Below, piece by piece: positions 46,938-56,690 of a DNA stretch of 64,000 bases. Position 1 is the first letter of the stretch. Each line of letters begins with the position of its first letter. Position numbers and translations under genes: made by a program. Source of the DNA: Elusimicrobiota bacterium (GTDB taxonomy: Bacteria > Elusimicrobiota > Elusimicrobia > UBA1565 > UBA9628). The stretch covers positions 1,317-65,316 of the forward strand of contig JANPGH010000072.1 of assembly GCA_031423795.1 (NCBI GenBank). The letters run 5' to 3'. The notes under the pieces were generated by a model. It was not told the origin of the DNA. It was given only the letters and a program-made list of their open reading frames with translations, and did not search any database.

Positions 46938-48443
46938 TTATTTAGGACGGAGCGCCTTCAGACGCTGTCTTAAGAAACGCTGATCTTCGACGGGAAGCAG
47001 CACCCAGGCCGTAGCGGCATAGGCGACTGCGCCGGCGGCGCACAGCGCGATCAAGGTCGCCCAGCCGTCAACCCGATTCCGCAAGGTCCACACCACGGTC
47101 ATTAGCAGTATTGTCCCCGCCAGCGCCGGCCACAACGCTTCTTTTATGAAACGAACGGGATCGAGCCGGATCGCTCGGTAATGAGAGTACCACATCACGA
47201 TCCCGGTGGCCGCAACCTGGGCGACCAAAGAGCCCAACGCGGCGCCGAGCAGCCCCCAGCGCGGAATCAACATCGGCCAAAGGGCGAGACAGATCACCGC
47301 TTGGCTCCATTGCGACGCAGACGTCCAGACGCCGCCCTTTCGTCCCGCAGCGATTGCCGCAGGCAGGAAGCCAAGCAGGCCAATTGCTTGTGTCAGCACC
47401 ATCACGCGCGCGGGCCACACGCTTTCGTCTCCGAAGCGTCCGCCCATCCAGAGGGACAGAAACTGCGGCATCACTGAAAACAAGAGGGCGTAGGCGGGTG
47501 CCAGCAGCGCGACGAGCACGCGTGAGCAGCGCAAATAAACGCGCTCGAGCTCCGCACCGGATTCAAGATCGATGCCGCCTATAACGGGAAGCAGCGCTGA
47601 CGATGCCGCGGCCGGAAGCATTTGCATGCGCTGCAATAGCCCCAAGGGTACCGCGTACAAGGTGAATTCCGCCAAGGAACGCAGTCCGGCGATAAATACG
47701 CGAACGAGCTGGCCGCTCGCAAACGACGCGAACGTCCCTGGCCAGAACCCGATGCAATACGCCGAAAACGTCCTAAGATCCACACCGCCGCCAGCCCCGG
47801 CAGCGCCATCGTCGCGGGTCATGCGCCAGAATTCCAGACAAGAGGCTGCCGCGATCAGTCCTTGAATGATCACAAACCACGCCGTCGCTCCTCCCAAGCC
47901 ACGACCCGCTGCCAAGACGGCTACGGCGCCGATATTCGGCAAAGTTCCCTGGGCCAGCGTGATCAACCCGAAACGCCGATAGCTCTGATATCCCTGGAAT
48001 ACCGACGTCGACCAGGCGGACACGGCCATAAAAAATCCGGCCACGGCCGCCGCGCGAATCATCCACACTCCGTGGGTCACCAACGACGGCGGGAAATCGA
48101 ATCCGCGGCCTATCAACCACGGCGCCGCCGACCAAACGACGAGGCTCGCCAAAAGGGAGGCGCCGAGCTGCAGTTTCGCCCCGTTGAGGGCCGCTGTCCG
48201 CGCCGCCGCGCGATCCGAGTCGCTTATGGCCTCGGCAATGAACCGGATGATCCCGAGACCGGCGCCCATGTGCATCAACGTCACCCAGCCGGCGCAGGAA
48301 AGCATGACCAAGAACGCGCCGTAGTTCTCCTCTCCGAAGCCATGAACAAGTCGCGGAAGGAGGAAGAAATTGACCACCGCGATGCCAAGCGGGCCGATCA
48401 GTCCGGCCATGACGCCGCTGGCGAATCGCTCGCCGCGGCTCAT
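46938..48443 (-). CDS. wzx: Wzx-type oligosaccharide flippase
   Basis: About 14 TM helices, G.E.YG motif and WGLLGAA; located in a glycan cluster. Confidence 0.82.
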   Translation of the reverse strand: MSRGERFASGVMAGLIGPLGIAVVNFFLLPRLVHGFGEENYGAFLVMLSCAGWVTLMHMGAGLGIIRFIAEAISDSDRAAARTAALNGAKLQLGASLLASLVVWSAAPWLIGRGFDFPPSLVTHGVWMIRAAAVAGFFMAVSAWSTSVFQGYQSYRRFGLITLAQGTLPNIGAVAVLAAGRGLGGATAWFVIIQGLIAAASCLEFWRMTRDDGAAGAGGGVDLRTFSAYCIGFWPGTFASFASGQLVRVFIAGLRSLAEFTLYAVPLGLLQRMQMLPAAASSALLPVIGGIDLESGAELERVYLRCSRVLVALLAPAYALLFSVMPQFLSLWMGGRFGDESVWPARVMVLTQAIGLLGFLPAAIAAGRKGGVWTSASQWSQAVICLALWPMLIPRWGLLGAALGSLVAQVAATGIVMWYSHYRAIRLDPVRFIKEALWPALAGTILLMTVVWTLRNRVDGWATLIALCAAGAVAYAATAWVLLPVEDQRFLRQRLKALRPK

Positions 48444-49038
48444 CGCCGGGCCGACGAGGCCGGCGGTGAGAGCGGGCTTTCTGCGCAGGTGATGAAGTTG
48501 TCCGTCAAGATATGGGTAGAGTGGATGAGCCCTGAACCCGTGGCGGCGTGTAGATAGATGCGGGCGCCCTGCTCAATGAGGCCCCACATCATGCGGCGCA
48601 GCACGGCGCGAAACCCATCGCCGGAAGGAGGCACTGGAAATGAAGTCGGGGAGACGAAGCCGCAAGCCAACAAAACCTGCGACATGCTCCCAGGCGTAAA
48701 GGCGTTCTCATGAGTAAAATCGCCGTAGCGAATGCGCCCCCAACTGAAGGCCTCGGCATTCACCGTCTGTATGATCAGTTTTCCCCCAGGCCGCAGCGCG
48801 CTGAAACAAGCGTCCAAATGGAGTTTTTGTAACCGACCTGCTGAAGCCAGTGCAGCAAAGGCCCGTAACCACATCCCACATCAGCGATGGAAGCGGCGCG
48901 ATCAGCAGGAAGATGGGCCCGAAAGATTGTTTCGTAAGACTCAGCGGAACGGGCCAGCCCCTCCGCCGTGGGGGTGCCCACCGTTTTCATGTGCGTGCTC
49001 ACATAGGCGTCATACAATCGCTGGCGATAGTCGGCCAT
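48440..49038 (-). pseudogene. SAM methyltransferase with an internal deletion and frameshift near 48825
   Basis: 5' part ADVGCGYG...GYKN and 3' part LDAC..ALRPGG...YGDFTHE are in different frames; the central motifs are absent. Confidence 0.8.
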
Positions 49039-49077
49039 AAGTTGATCCTATCTTTTTCTCATTTTGAGCTGTTTGAC

Positions 49078-50250
49078 TTAAAGACGCTCATAGAGAGCGA
49101 CCAAGCGGGCGGCGATGCTGGGATAAGAGTATGCGGCAGCTCGCGCTAAGCCTTTTTCTCGCATCTCACGGCGACACCCCGAGTCCGAAATCACGCGTTG
49201 CATCGCGCCTTGGATCGCTTCGACGTCCCGTGGGGGCACGCACAGCGCGACACCGCCGACCGATTCTTGAACCCCGGGAAGGTCTGACGTGATGAACGGC
49301 GTGCCGCAGGCCAAGGGCTCTAATCCGTAACCAAAACCCTCGATGCTCGTGGGATGCACGACCGCCTCCGCCAGCGAATAAACAACCGGCAAGTCTTCAA
49401 TCGATACATATCCCGTCGTAAAAACACGCCCGCTCACTCCCAAAGCGGCGGCTTGCGTGAGTAGCTCCTTGAGATGCGCGTTGACAGCGCCGACGAAAAC
49501 CAATTGGCAGTCGGACGCCAGCCCGTCGCGGCACAAAGTGACGAACGCGCGCAGGATAACGTCGGCGTTTGTGCGGTTGGCGGGAACAAATGGTCCAATA
49601 CTCATCATGAAGCGCGCCGGCAAACCATACCGTGCCCTCACTTGGTCGCGGATTGAGCGGTCCTCGATCGGTCGGAACAAATGTAAATCGACTCCCGTCG
49701 GAATCACCTCGATTTTCTCGCCGGGCAGTCCGTAAAACCGCATTAAATTCGCCTTGGTCGTCGCACCTGTCGCCACGATCGCGTCGGCGCGACTTGCGCG
49801 GTCAAAGGTCCTAGGAGAGGAAATCTTACGCCCAGGATCGACCACACCGTCCGCGGGTTGCGTCTCCTCCATCAGGTCATAAAAAGTCACGACCGTCTTG
49901 GCTTTTTTGATATGCGGCAGTCGTCCGCCGCTGAGCATGTGGTAAACGGAGAAGCGCCGGCCCCGGAGAAGCAGCGGCTCTACCACCGGAACGCCCCATC
50001 CCACATCCCAGGTGTCCACGATTGAATCCGGGAATTTTCGAAAAAGGCGCTCAAAATTCGGCTGGTTGGGGACGTAAAGGCGCTCGCATTTGCGAGCATA
50101 GTCCCGGAAAAAATAGGAGAACACGGTGTACCGGTTGGAATTATCGACCTCGGCGATCCCGCGGATCATATTCTCGGTGTAGTAATCGATCCCGCGCTTA
50201 ACGTCCGCATTGAGACCGACCTCGAGCGCCACGCTGATCGGCGCGCTCAT
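49078..50250 (-). CDS. Glycosyltransferase family 4 (MtfB/WbaZ-like)
   Basis: GIDYY, TFYDL, IPTGVD and EGFGYGLEPLACGTP motifs. Confidence 0.88.
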   Translation of the reverse strand: MSAPISVALEVGLNADVKRGIDYYTENMIRGIAEVDNSNRYTVFSYFFRDYARKCERLYVPNQPNFERLFRKFPDSIVDTWDVGWGVPVVEPLLLRGRRFSVYHMLSGGRLPHIKKAKTVVTFYDLMEETQPADGVVDPGRKISSPRTFDRASRADAIVATGATTKANLMRFYGLPGEKIEVIPTGVDLHLFRPIEDRSIRDQVRARYGLPARFMMSIGPFVPANRTNADVILRAFVTLCRDGLASDCQLVFVGAVNAHLKELLTQAAALGVSGRVFTTGYVSIEDLPVVYSLAEAVVHPTSIEGFGYGLEPLACGTPFITSDLPGVQESVGGVALCVPPRDVEAIQGAMQRVISDSGCRREMREKGLARAAAYSYPSIAARLVALYERL

Positions 50251-51053
50251 GCGACCTCGATCCACGCGCGTCCCGGCGCATGCGCGGGCGCCACATGCGG
50301 AGCGCCGTATGGTCGGTAATGTTGTGCGACGGTTCTTGGGCTAAAACGTCCCGGGGTCCAGTCCGTCCGAACAAAAAATGCGTTGACGCCACGGCTGTCG
50401 CACCCCACGAGCGCATAGCCTTTCGAAAGACCCAGCCGGGCCAGCGCCTCGAGACTGGCGCCGAAGTAATCCGTGCGGTCCCATCGGAATCCTGGATCAT
50501 AAGCGATCGTCCTACTTTCCGGCGGAGGAATCGTCGCGTTGTACTCGATGGTCACCACGCGGGGGCGTCGGGAAACGATTGCCTTCCAGATCCACCAATC
50601 ATTACCGTCAACATCGATCGACAAAAGGTCGGGCTCGTGGGGAACCTGATATTTATCCAGTAGAATCTCGATGTTCTCAGCGGTCACGAATTCACGCTGC
50701 ACGCCCGGATGAGGCGGATCATGCGGGTCCATTTGTAGTCCCTCCCAGCCGCGTCGTCGGAGACGGCGCGTGTTGCAGACCGCCCCATCCTCGACCCCAA
50801 ACTCGACGAAGAACCGATTGGTCTCCCCGATTACCGTGAAAATAGCCTGAATTATTCCGTCCTCGCCATTTTGGGAACTGTATCGTTTTTCAAAATCGGT
50901 GAGGTCCGATATCGGCTGGCGCATCAATTGCAGCTGCCAGAACCGACGTGCATCCACCGCGGCGTGATCGCAAGCGCGGCTCAGGCGCTCGCGCAGAGGA
51001 TAAGTGGTATCAAGGACGCGCTTGGGCACCCAGCGCCGGAAAAAAACCCTCAC
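50247..51053 (-). CDS. FkbM-like putative methyltransferase
   Basis: SQNGEDGII, FVEFG, LLSIDVDGND, IEYN and GVNAFFVR motifs. Confidence 0.65.
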   Translation of the reverse strand: MRVFFRRWVPKRVLDTTYPLRERLSRACDHAAVDARRFWQLQLMRQPISDLTDFEKRYSSQNGEDGIIQAIFTVIGETNRFFVEFGVEDGAVCNTRRLRRRGWEGLQMDPHDPPHPGVQREFVTAENIEILLDKYQVPHEPDLLSIDVDGNDWWIWKAIVSRRPRVVTIEYNATIPPPESRTIAYDPGFRWDRTDYFGASLEALARLGLSKGYALVGCDSRGVNAFFVRTDWTPGRFSPRTVAQHYRPYGAPHVAPAHAPGRAWIEVA

Positions 51054-52309
51054 GCGGGCACGGAGTGCGTCGTCGGCAGTGGGAATAGGAGCCGCCCCCC
51101 GCCGCGAATATATTCGGCTTCCTTTTGAACGAAAAAGTCCTTAAAGTGCCAGGGCAGGATGAAAAGATATTCCGGACGCACCGATTTGACTTCGGCCTCG
51201 GAGACAATCGGGATCAACGTTCCTGGCGTGAACGCTCCGAGCTTTTCGGTGTTGACCTCGCCGATGCGTGGAAGATCTTTTTCCGTGATGCCACAGTACT
51301 GGAGAATCACGTTTCCTTTTGTTGACGCGCCATAGCCAAGTACGGTTTTGCCTTCGGCACGGGTGCGATCAAAAAATTTGCGCAAATCGTCGCGGTGACG
51401 GACAACCGCTTTCGCGAAATTCTGAAACGGAGCAAGCCCGCGGAGAGGCTCTTCTTGCTGCAATAGACGTGCGATATCCGCGGCGCACTCGGGCAGAGCC
51501 GATCTCTTCTTTGACACGGTCAAAGCAAAACTGCCGCCGTTAACGTCATTCAATTCGAGGGCGACGATTTTAAGCCCGGCCCGATCGAACATCCACTTCA
51601 TCTGCCGCAGCGCATAATACTCGAGGTGTTCGTGGCAAATGGTGTCGTAGGCGTTCATCGAGAGCATCGTGGGAAGGTAGCTCTGTTCCAGAAGCCAGAC
51701 TCCGTCGTCGGCCAGCATGTCGGCGATCGCGGCGACGAACTCGAGCGGAGAATCGAGGTCGTAAAACATCGCGATCGACGTGATCAGCCGCGCCTTGCGT
51801 TGGCCAAAATGAGATTTCGACGTAGCACCCGAAAAAAAATCTGGGATCAGCCGGACGTGGGCGGGGTAAAAACTGCGGAAATGCTCCCCGGTCGGGTCCA
51901 TGCCGACGAATTCGACGTCGGGCCGAACCGGATATGACCTGAGCAAGGTCGCGTCGTTCGATCCGATATCGACGACCAAATCACCCGCCCGCAGCGGAAC
52001 GTGCGCCAACACGTCCTGCACGCGCTTCTGCAGATGCCGCACCATCGACGCGTTCAGCCCCGAGCGGTAGCCGTAACGGTCGCCGTACATCTCATTTTTG
52101 TCATATGACTGCCGCAATTGGACGAGGCCGCAGGTCCGTCCATCGGGCGTTTGCGCGCATTTCACCAGGGTTACGGGGCCTTTCGTGACGGCTTCGTCGC
52201 GCGAGCGCGGGAAGACTCCCGTCAAGGCCTGTTCGCCGAGTGACAATAACTCCACAAGCTCGGTATTGCCGCATATTCGGCAACGCGCGACGTCCGTCCA
52301 GGGCTTCAT
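51050..52309 (-). CDS. NDP-hexose C-methyltransferase family protein
   Basis: CRICG Zn site, CGLVQL, DIGSND, YDTICHEH, GYGASTKGN and LPWHF motifs. Confidence 0.88.
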   Translation of the reverse strand: MKPWTDVARCRICGNTELVELLSLGEQALTGVFPRSRDEAVTKGPVTLVKCAQTPDGRTCGLVQLRQSYDKNEMYGDRYGYRSGLNASMVRHLQKRVQDVLAHVPLRAGDLVVDIGSNDATLLRSYPVRPDVEFVGMDPTGEHFRSFYPAHVRLIPDFFSGATSKSHFGQRKARLITSIAMFYDLDSPLEFVAAIADMLADDGVWLLEQSYLPTMLSMNAYDTICHEHLEYYALRQMKWMFDRAGLKIVALELNDVNGGSFALTVSKKRSALPECAADIARLLQQEEPLRGLAPFQNFAKAVVRHRDDLRKFFDRTRAEGKTVLGYGASTKGNVILQYCGITEKDLPRIGEVNTEKLGAFTPGTLIPIVSEAEVKSVRPEYLFILPWHFKDFFVQKEAEYIRGGGRLLFPLPTTHSVPA

Positions 52310-52319
52310 AAGTGGGACG

Positions 52320-52382
52320 ATTATACATTTTGACGCTCGTACTCATCCGCGTCGGCCGAGGGATGCCGGGGTTTGTTATACT
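52320..52382. promoter_or_regulatory. Divergent -10 boxes
   Basis: TATAAT (-, 52325-52320) is 10 nt before ATG 52309; TGtTATACT (+, hexamer 52377-52382) is 8 nt before ATG 52391. Confidence 0.7.
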
Positions 52383-52390
52383 GCCGGTCG

Positions 52391-53395
52391 ATGCCTCGAG
52401 CGCTCATTTTCGGCGTCGCCGGCCAAGACGGATCCTACCTCGCCGAACTCATTGTCTCCGAAGGCTGGGAGGTATATGGCGCCGTGCGGACCATGGAAGA
52501 GAGCTCCCTCGAAAGGCTTTCGGCTGTCCGCGAGAAAATTCGGCTCGACGCGGTCGATCTCCGCGATCAGTCCAGCGTCGACCGGATCTTAGCCTGGGCG
52601 CAACCCGATGAGATCTACAACCTTGCCGGTCAATCGTTCATGCCGGCGACATGGGAAAAACCAGTCGAGACGTCGGACATAGCGGCATTGGGCGCCGCTC
52701 GCATATTAGACGCGATGCGCCGGCTGCGACCGAAGGCTCGATTTTGCCAAGCGACGTCTTCCGAAATGTTCGGACGCCCACAGCTTAGTCCCCAAGATGA
52801 GCGCACGCCGCTGGCTCCATTGACCCCATACGGCTGCTCCAAGGTCTTCGCGCATCATCTCGCCGCCGCCTATCGGGAAAAATACGGGATTTTCGCCGTC
52901 TCGGCGATTTGCTTCAACCACGAATCCCCGCGCCGTCGTCCGGAATTTGTCACCCGCAAAATTACCCGGGCCGCGGCGCGCATTAAACTCGGTCTCGATA
53001 AAGAACTGCGCATCGGCCGCCTCGATTCCAGGCGCGACTGGAGCTTCGCGGGCGACACTGTCGAAGCGATGCGGCTTTCCCTGCGTCGCGACGACCCCGC
53101 GGATTATGTGGTCGCTTCCGGCCTCAGCCACACGGTGAAGGATTTCATTAGGACCGCGTTCGCCATCGTCGAACTCGATTGGAAACGGTATGTCATCGAA
53201 GATCCGTCATTGATGCGGTCTGAAGGCGCCGTCCCGCTCTGCGGTAACGCAGCGAAGGCCCGACGCGAACTGAAGTGGGCGCCGCGCGTCGGTTTTGAAG
53301 AGCTTATCGGCGATATGGTCGAGTGGGACCTGGAGAGCCACCGAACCAATGCGCCGGCGCTCGCAGCACCTTGGCGACCCAAGCTTGGCGCCTAG
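52391..53395 (+). CDS. gmd: GDP-mannose 4,6-dehydratase
   Basis: GQDGSYLAE, YNLAGQS, SSEMFG, PYGCSK, FNHESPRR, FVTRKI and RDW motifs. Confidence 0.92.
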   Translation: MPRALIFGVAGQDGSYLAELIVSEGWEVYGAVRTMEESSLERLSAVREKIRLDAVDLRDQSSVDRILAWAQPDEIYNLAGQSFMPATWEKPVETSDIAALGAARILDAMRRLRPKARFCQATSSEMFGRPQLSPQDERTPLAPLTPYGCSKVFAHHLAAAYREKYGIFAVSAICFNHESPRRRPEFVTRKITRAAARIKLGLDKELRIGRLDSRRDWSFAGDTVEAMRLSLRRDDPADYVVASGLSHTVKDFIRTAFAIVELDWKRYVIEDPSLMRSEGAVPLCGNAAKARRELKWAPRVGFEELIGDMVEWDLESHRTNAPALAAPWRPKLGA

Positions 53396-53557
53396 AAGCC
53401 TGAAGGAAATTGCAGTGGGCGACGAGCGCGAAAGCTCGGCACTATCGAACGCGCCTTCGCCAAGAGTGGCGAGAGGCCACCGCGCCGAATTTTGCAGGGC
53501 ATTACTTCGTCGCCGAAGATATCGGCTGAGTGCCGCAAGCTGTAAGGAAGATTTGGC

Positions 53558-54691
53558 CTACAGCAAGCCGCGGTATAGCGTTTCGAGCCGGTCGATAACC
53601 CGCGAAAGTGAATACGTCTCAATGATTTGGCGGCGCGCCTCATTTCCTATCGTAGCGATCAATCTCCGATCGGAGCAAAGCCGCGTAATTTCTTTTTTCA
53701 CACCCACTTCGTCGTCGCAGTCGAATAAAAGTCCCGTCGTCCCTGATTGCAGCGTTTGCGCGGTGCCGCCAACGCGAGAAGCAAGCACGGCACATCCCGA
53801 TGCCATTGCTTCTAGAAGCGCGTTCGAAAGCCCTTCGGACGTCGAAGGCAAAAAGAACACGTCGGCCGCCGCGTAAAAATCGTTTACGTCGTCCTGCGCG
53901 CCGAGAACCGAGATATGGCCTCCGGAGCGGGCAGCTATGGCCGCGATCTCTTCGCGCTGCGGACCGTCGCCGACCAATGCCGCGCGTGCGTCCGGTCCGG
54001 CGGCCGATAACCATTGCGTCAAAAACCATGGCAAGCGCTTTTCAGGCGAAAATCGGCCGGTGTAAAGGAAAACCACGGACTCTTGGGCCCAGCCCAGGCG
54101 TGCGCGCAACGCCGTTCGGACTGAAGGCGTCACGGGATGGAAACGATCTTCATCCACACCATTGGGAAGAACTTCGATCGGAACCGGGCCTAAAAAGTCG
54201 CGGGCTTCGTCGGCCAGATCCGGAACGACCGCTAAAAAGCGGGGCCCCAGCGCCCCTAGTAAACGAAGTTTTGCTCGGCCGAACACCGTTTTCGACGATG
54301 TCGCCAGCTCGCCGATCCCGCGTCCTCCCCCCAATTTAACCAGAGCTGGCCGCCCGAGCAGGCGAGCGACAAACGCCGCCGCAAGCGCTGGGGAACCCGC
54401 CAGATGCGCGTGCACGGCGTCCCATTCGATCCAATGCGCCAACAACCAAAGCCCCGCACTCACCAGAAAAGTCAGAGAGTTCATCGCACCGGGGCCGAAA
54501 GCAGGCAGGCGGAAAATCGCGACACCCTGGTGGCTTTCGCGCGGCGGCAAGCCTTTGAGGCGCCGAGTCAGCACCATGACATGATGGCCCCGGCGCGCGA
54601 GGGCGACGGACTGCTCAAGGGCTTGCCGCTCCGCCCCACCCACGGTTGGCCAAAATCCAGCGCTGACCATAACGACCGAAAGGGGGCTCAC
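53558..54691 (-). CDS. Glycosyltransferase family 4
   Basis: GGAERQ, PNGVD, GRFSPEK and EGLSNALLEAMASG motifs. Confidence 0.92.
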   Translation of the reverse strand: MSPLSVVMVSAGFWPTVGGAERQALEQSVALARRGHHVMVLTRRLKGLPPRESHQGVAIFRLPAFGPGAMNSLTFLVSAGLWLLAHWIEWDAVHAHLAGSPALAAAFVARLLGRPALVKLGGGRGIGELATSSKTVFGRAKLRLLGALGPRFLAVVPDLADEARDFLGPVPIEVLPNGVDEDRFHPVTPSVRTALRARLGWAQESVVFLYTGRFSPEKRLPWFLTQWLSAAGPDARAALVGDGPQREEIAAIAARSGGHISVLGAQDDVNDFYAAADVFFLPSTSEGLSNALLEAMASGCAVLASRVGGTAQTLQSGTTGLLFDCDDEVGVKKEITRLCSDRRLIATIGNEARRQIIETYSLSRVIDRLETLYRGLL

Positions 54692-55710
54692 TTTTTCTTA
54701 TGTCCGAGAATGCCCGGCTTAGGGACGAGGCCATGCACTAACGTGGAAATCGTGGTAAATCCGGCGTCCCAAAACCACTGCTGCAGCTCTTCTTTAGTGT
54801 GATGCCACTGATAGGGCGGTGAAATCCAGTCGAAGTTTTCGATCAAGCGCGCCTGAAAGTCGGGATCGAGGGAAAACGTCAAATATTTGATCCCGGGAAC
54901 CATGCCAAGAACGGTCAATGGATAACACAATGCGTAGACGAACGGGACGGGCAGGCGGGTTGTGAGTAGGCGAATGCAATCGCTGAAGAGATGCCGGATC
55001 GCGACGATCCACCATGCCAGTCGCCGATGCCGGACGATCCATTCGCGACCGGGCCGAACCGGATTGTTTGCGAACTCTGCGTACTTCCCAGCTTTTCCAT
55101 ATAACCAGACGGAAAGCTTGCCACCCGGCTTCACGAGCGCTGCGACGGCGAAGAAGGCCGCTTGGGTATCGGCGGTGTGGTGAAGCACGCCCTGACTGTA
55201 GGCGAGATCGAAGATTCCTCGCTTAAACGGCGGGCGCAAAAGGTCGCATTCGACCGGATGAAGCAGCGGATCATTCTCCGCGCGCTCGGCCACGCGAATC
55301 AGGCTGTCGGACATGTCGGCGGCGACGACTTCAGCCCCAAATGACCGCGCGACCGCGCTGTAACGGCCCATCCCGCAGCCGGCGTCTAATACCAACCGAC
55401 CTTTGAATTCGTCGCGCCCCAACATGGTTTCTTCGAGAAATGTCGGCTCGTCGATCGCGCGGGAACCGGGATAGCGCAACCACTCCCACCCAAAACTAAC
55501 CCGCGTTTTGTCCGCCTCGGCAGGGACATCTTCGGGAGGACGCAGGCGCGGGATGCCGTCGCGAATCGGATAATGACGGGAGCAGTCGACGCACGTCAGC
55601 TCTCCATAATCCACGTCCTCCTGCAAGCGGGGATGCGTTTCCAAGGACGAAAATCGAAGGTCTCCTGCGCAGCACGGACACGCGAGCAGAGACAAAAGCC
55701 GGAGCTTCAT
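54688..55710 (-). CDS. Trm112-like Zn domain fused to a class I SAM methyltransferase
   Basis: LACPCC...CVDC...YPIRDGIPRL, then LDAGCGMGR, GVLHHT and KPGG; start ATG 55710. Confidence 0.87.
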   Translation of the reverse strand: MKLRLLSLLACPCCAGDLRFSSLETHPRLQEDVDYGELTCVDCSRHYPIRDGIPRLRPPEDVPAEADKTRVSFGWEWLRYPGSRAIDEPTFLEETMLGRDEFKGRLVLDAGCGMGRYSAVARSFGAEVVAADMSDSLIRVAERAENDPLLHPVECDLLRPPFKRGIFDLAYSQGVLHHTADTQAAFFAVAALVKPGGKLSVWLYGKAGKYAEFANNPVRPGREWIVRHRRLAWWIVAIRHLFSDCIRLLTTRLPVPFVYALCYPLTVLGMVPGIKYLTFSLDPDFQARLIENFDWISPPYQWHHTKEELQQWFWDAGFTTISTLVHGLVPKPGILGHKKK

Positions 55711-56690
55711 CCTTTCTCGACCTCGCTGCGCAAGTCCGCCAATGACAATCCGACGCGGGCAAGCAGGATCATCCCTGTAACGGTGACGAAAAGGTACATC
55801 ACCATGTGACACACGAGCGCATAGGCCAACGCCTCATTGGGCGCGGCGCCGAATTTCGTCACAATGTCTTTGATCACCGCCTCGAAAGTTCCGATCGCCC
55901 CGGGAGCCGCCGGCAACGCGGAACTTGCACCCGCCCACGAGAGGGCCAGCACCGCCCGAGGATAATTCACGACGCCGCCGATGCCCAGCACGCGAGCGCC
56001 GGCCCAATACAAGCCCGCGTCGACAGCCCACAAAACCAGACTCCAACCCGCGGCCTGAAACGCCGCGGCCGGTCGGCGCAGCACCGACGCGCCGAGAGAA
56101 AGCTGTTCAATCAACCGCTGGGCCTTTGGCCAACGACGAAGGGCGAGGTCGATGGCGCCGCCGTCGGAAATGGATTTTTCCGCGACAGCCAGGATCGCCA
56201 GGGCCGAAAGTGCTGCGCCCAGCACCAACGCCGCCGCCAAGCGAACCGACTGCGCAGCGAAATTCGGTGCGGCAAACGTCGCGAGTATAAAAATGGATAA
56301 CAATGCGGATACATCAAGGGCGCGCTCGACCACCACACTGGCCAGCGCCGCAAAAATGGGTATTTGCAGTCGGCGTGCCGCTAACGCGCCTCGGGCGATT
56401 TCCCCCAATCGCATAAAGAGGACATTGTTGACGCCCAACCCGATCACTTCCAGACGAGCGAGCTCCAGAATCGGCGCATCCTGGCGGACCCGTGACAACA
56501 GGACTTTCCAGCGGATTGCCCGAATCAGAATATCGAGGTAGACGATGAACGCCATGGGGAGCAGCCATATCCAATGCGCGCCTTTAAGCGCGCGCATCAA
56601 GTCCGCGAAACTAACCTGCCGCAGCGCAAGCCACAGGAAGAATCCCGTACCGAGCAGTCCCAAGACGATCGAGATGTTTTTTTTGTTCAA
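55707..56690 (-). CDS. Lysylphosphatidylglycerol synthase TM-like flippase (UPF0104/AglD2)
   Basis: RAIRWKVLL, NNVLFMRLGE, VVERALD and PGAIGTFE motifs; TTG start overlaps the upstream stop. Confidence 0.87.
   Translation of the reverse strand: MNKKNISIVLGLLGTGFFLWLALRQVSFADLMRALKGAHWIWLLPMAFIVYLDILIRAIRWKVLLSRVRQDAPILELARLEVIGLGVNNVLFMRLGEIARGALAARRLQIPIFAALASVVVERALDVSALLSIFILATFAAPNFAAQSVRLAAALVLGAALSALAILAVAEKSISDGGAIDLALRRWPKAQRLIEQLSLGASVLRRPAAAFQAAGWSLVLWAVDAGLYWAGARVLGIGGVVNYPRAVLALSWAGASSALPAAPGAIGTFEAVIKDIVTKFGAAPNEALAYALVCHMVMYLFVTVTGMILLARVGLSLADLRSEVEKG

Noticed and set aside
53393-53545. About 50 open codons in frame after the gmd TAG (possible readthrough or recoding)
   Set aside because: Gmd is already full length, and TAG acts as a normal stop for several other genes in the window
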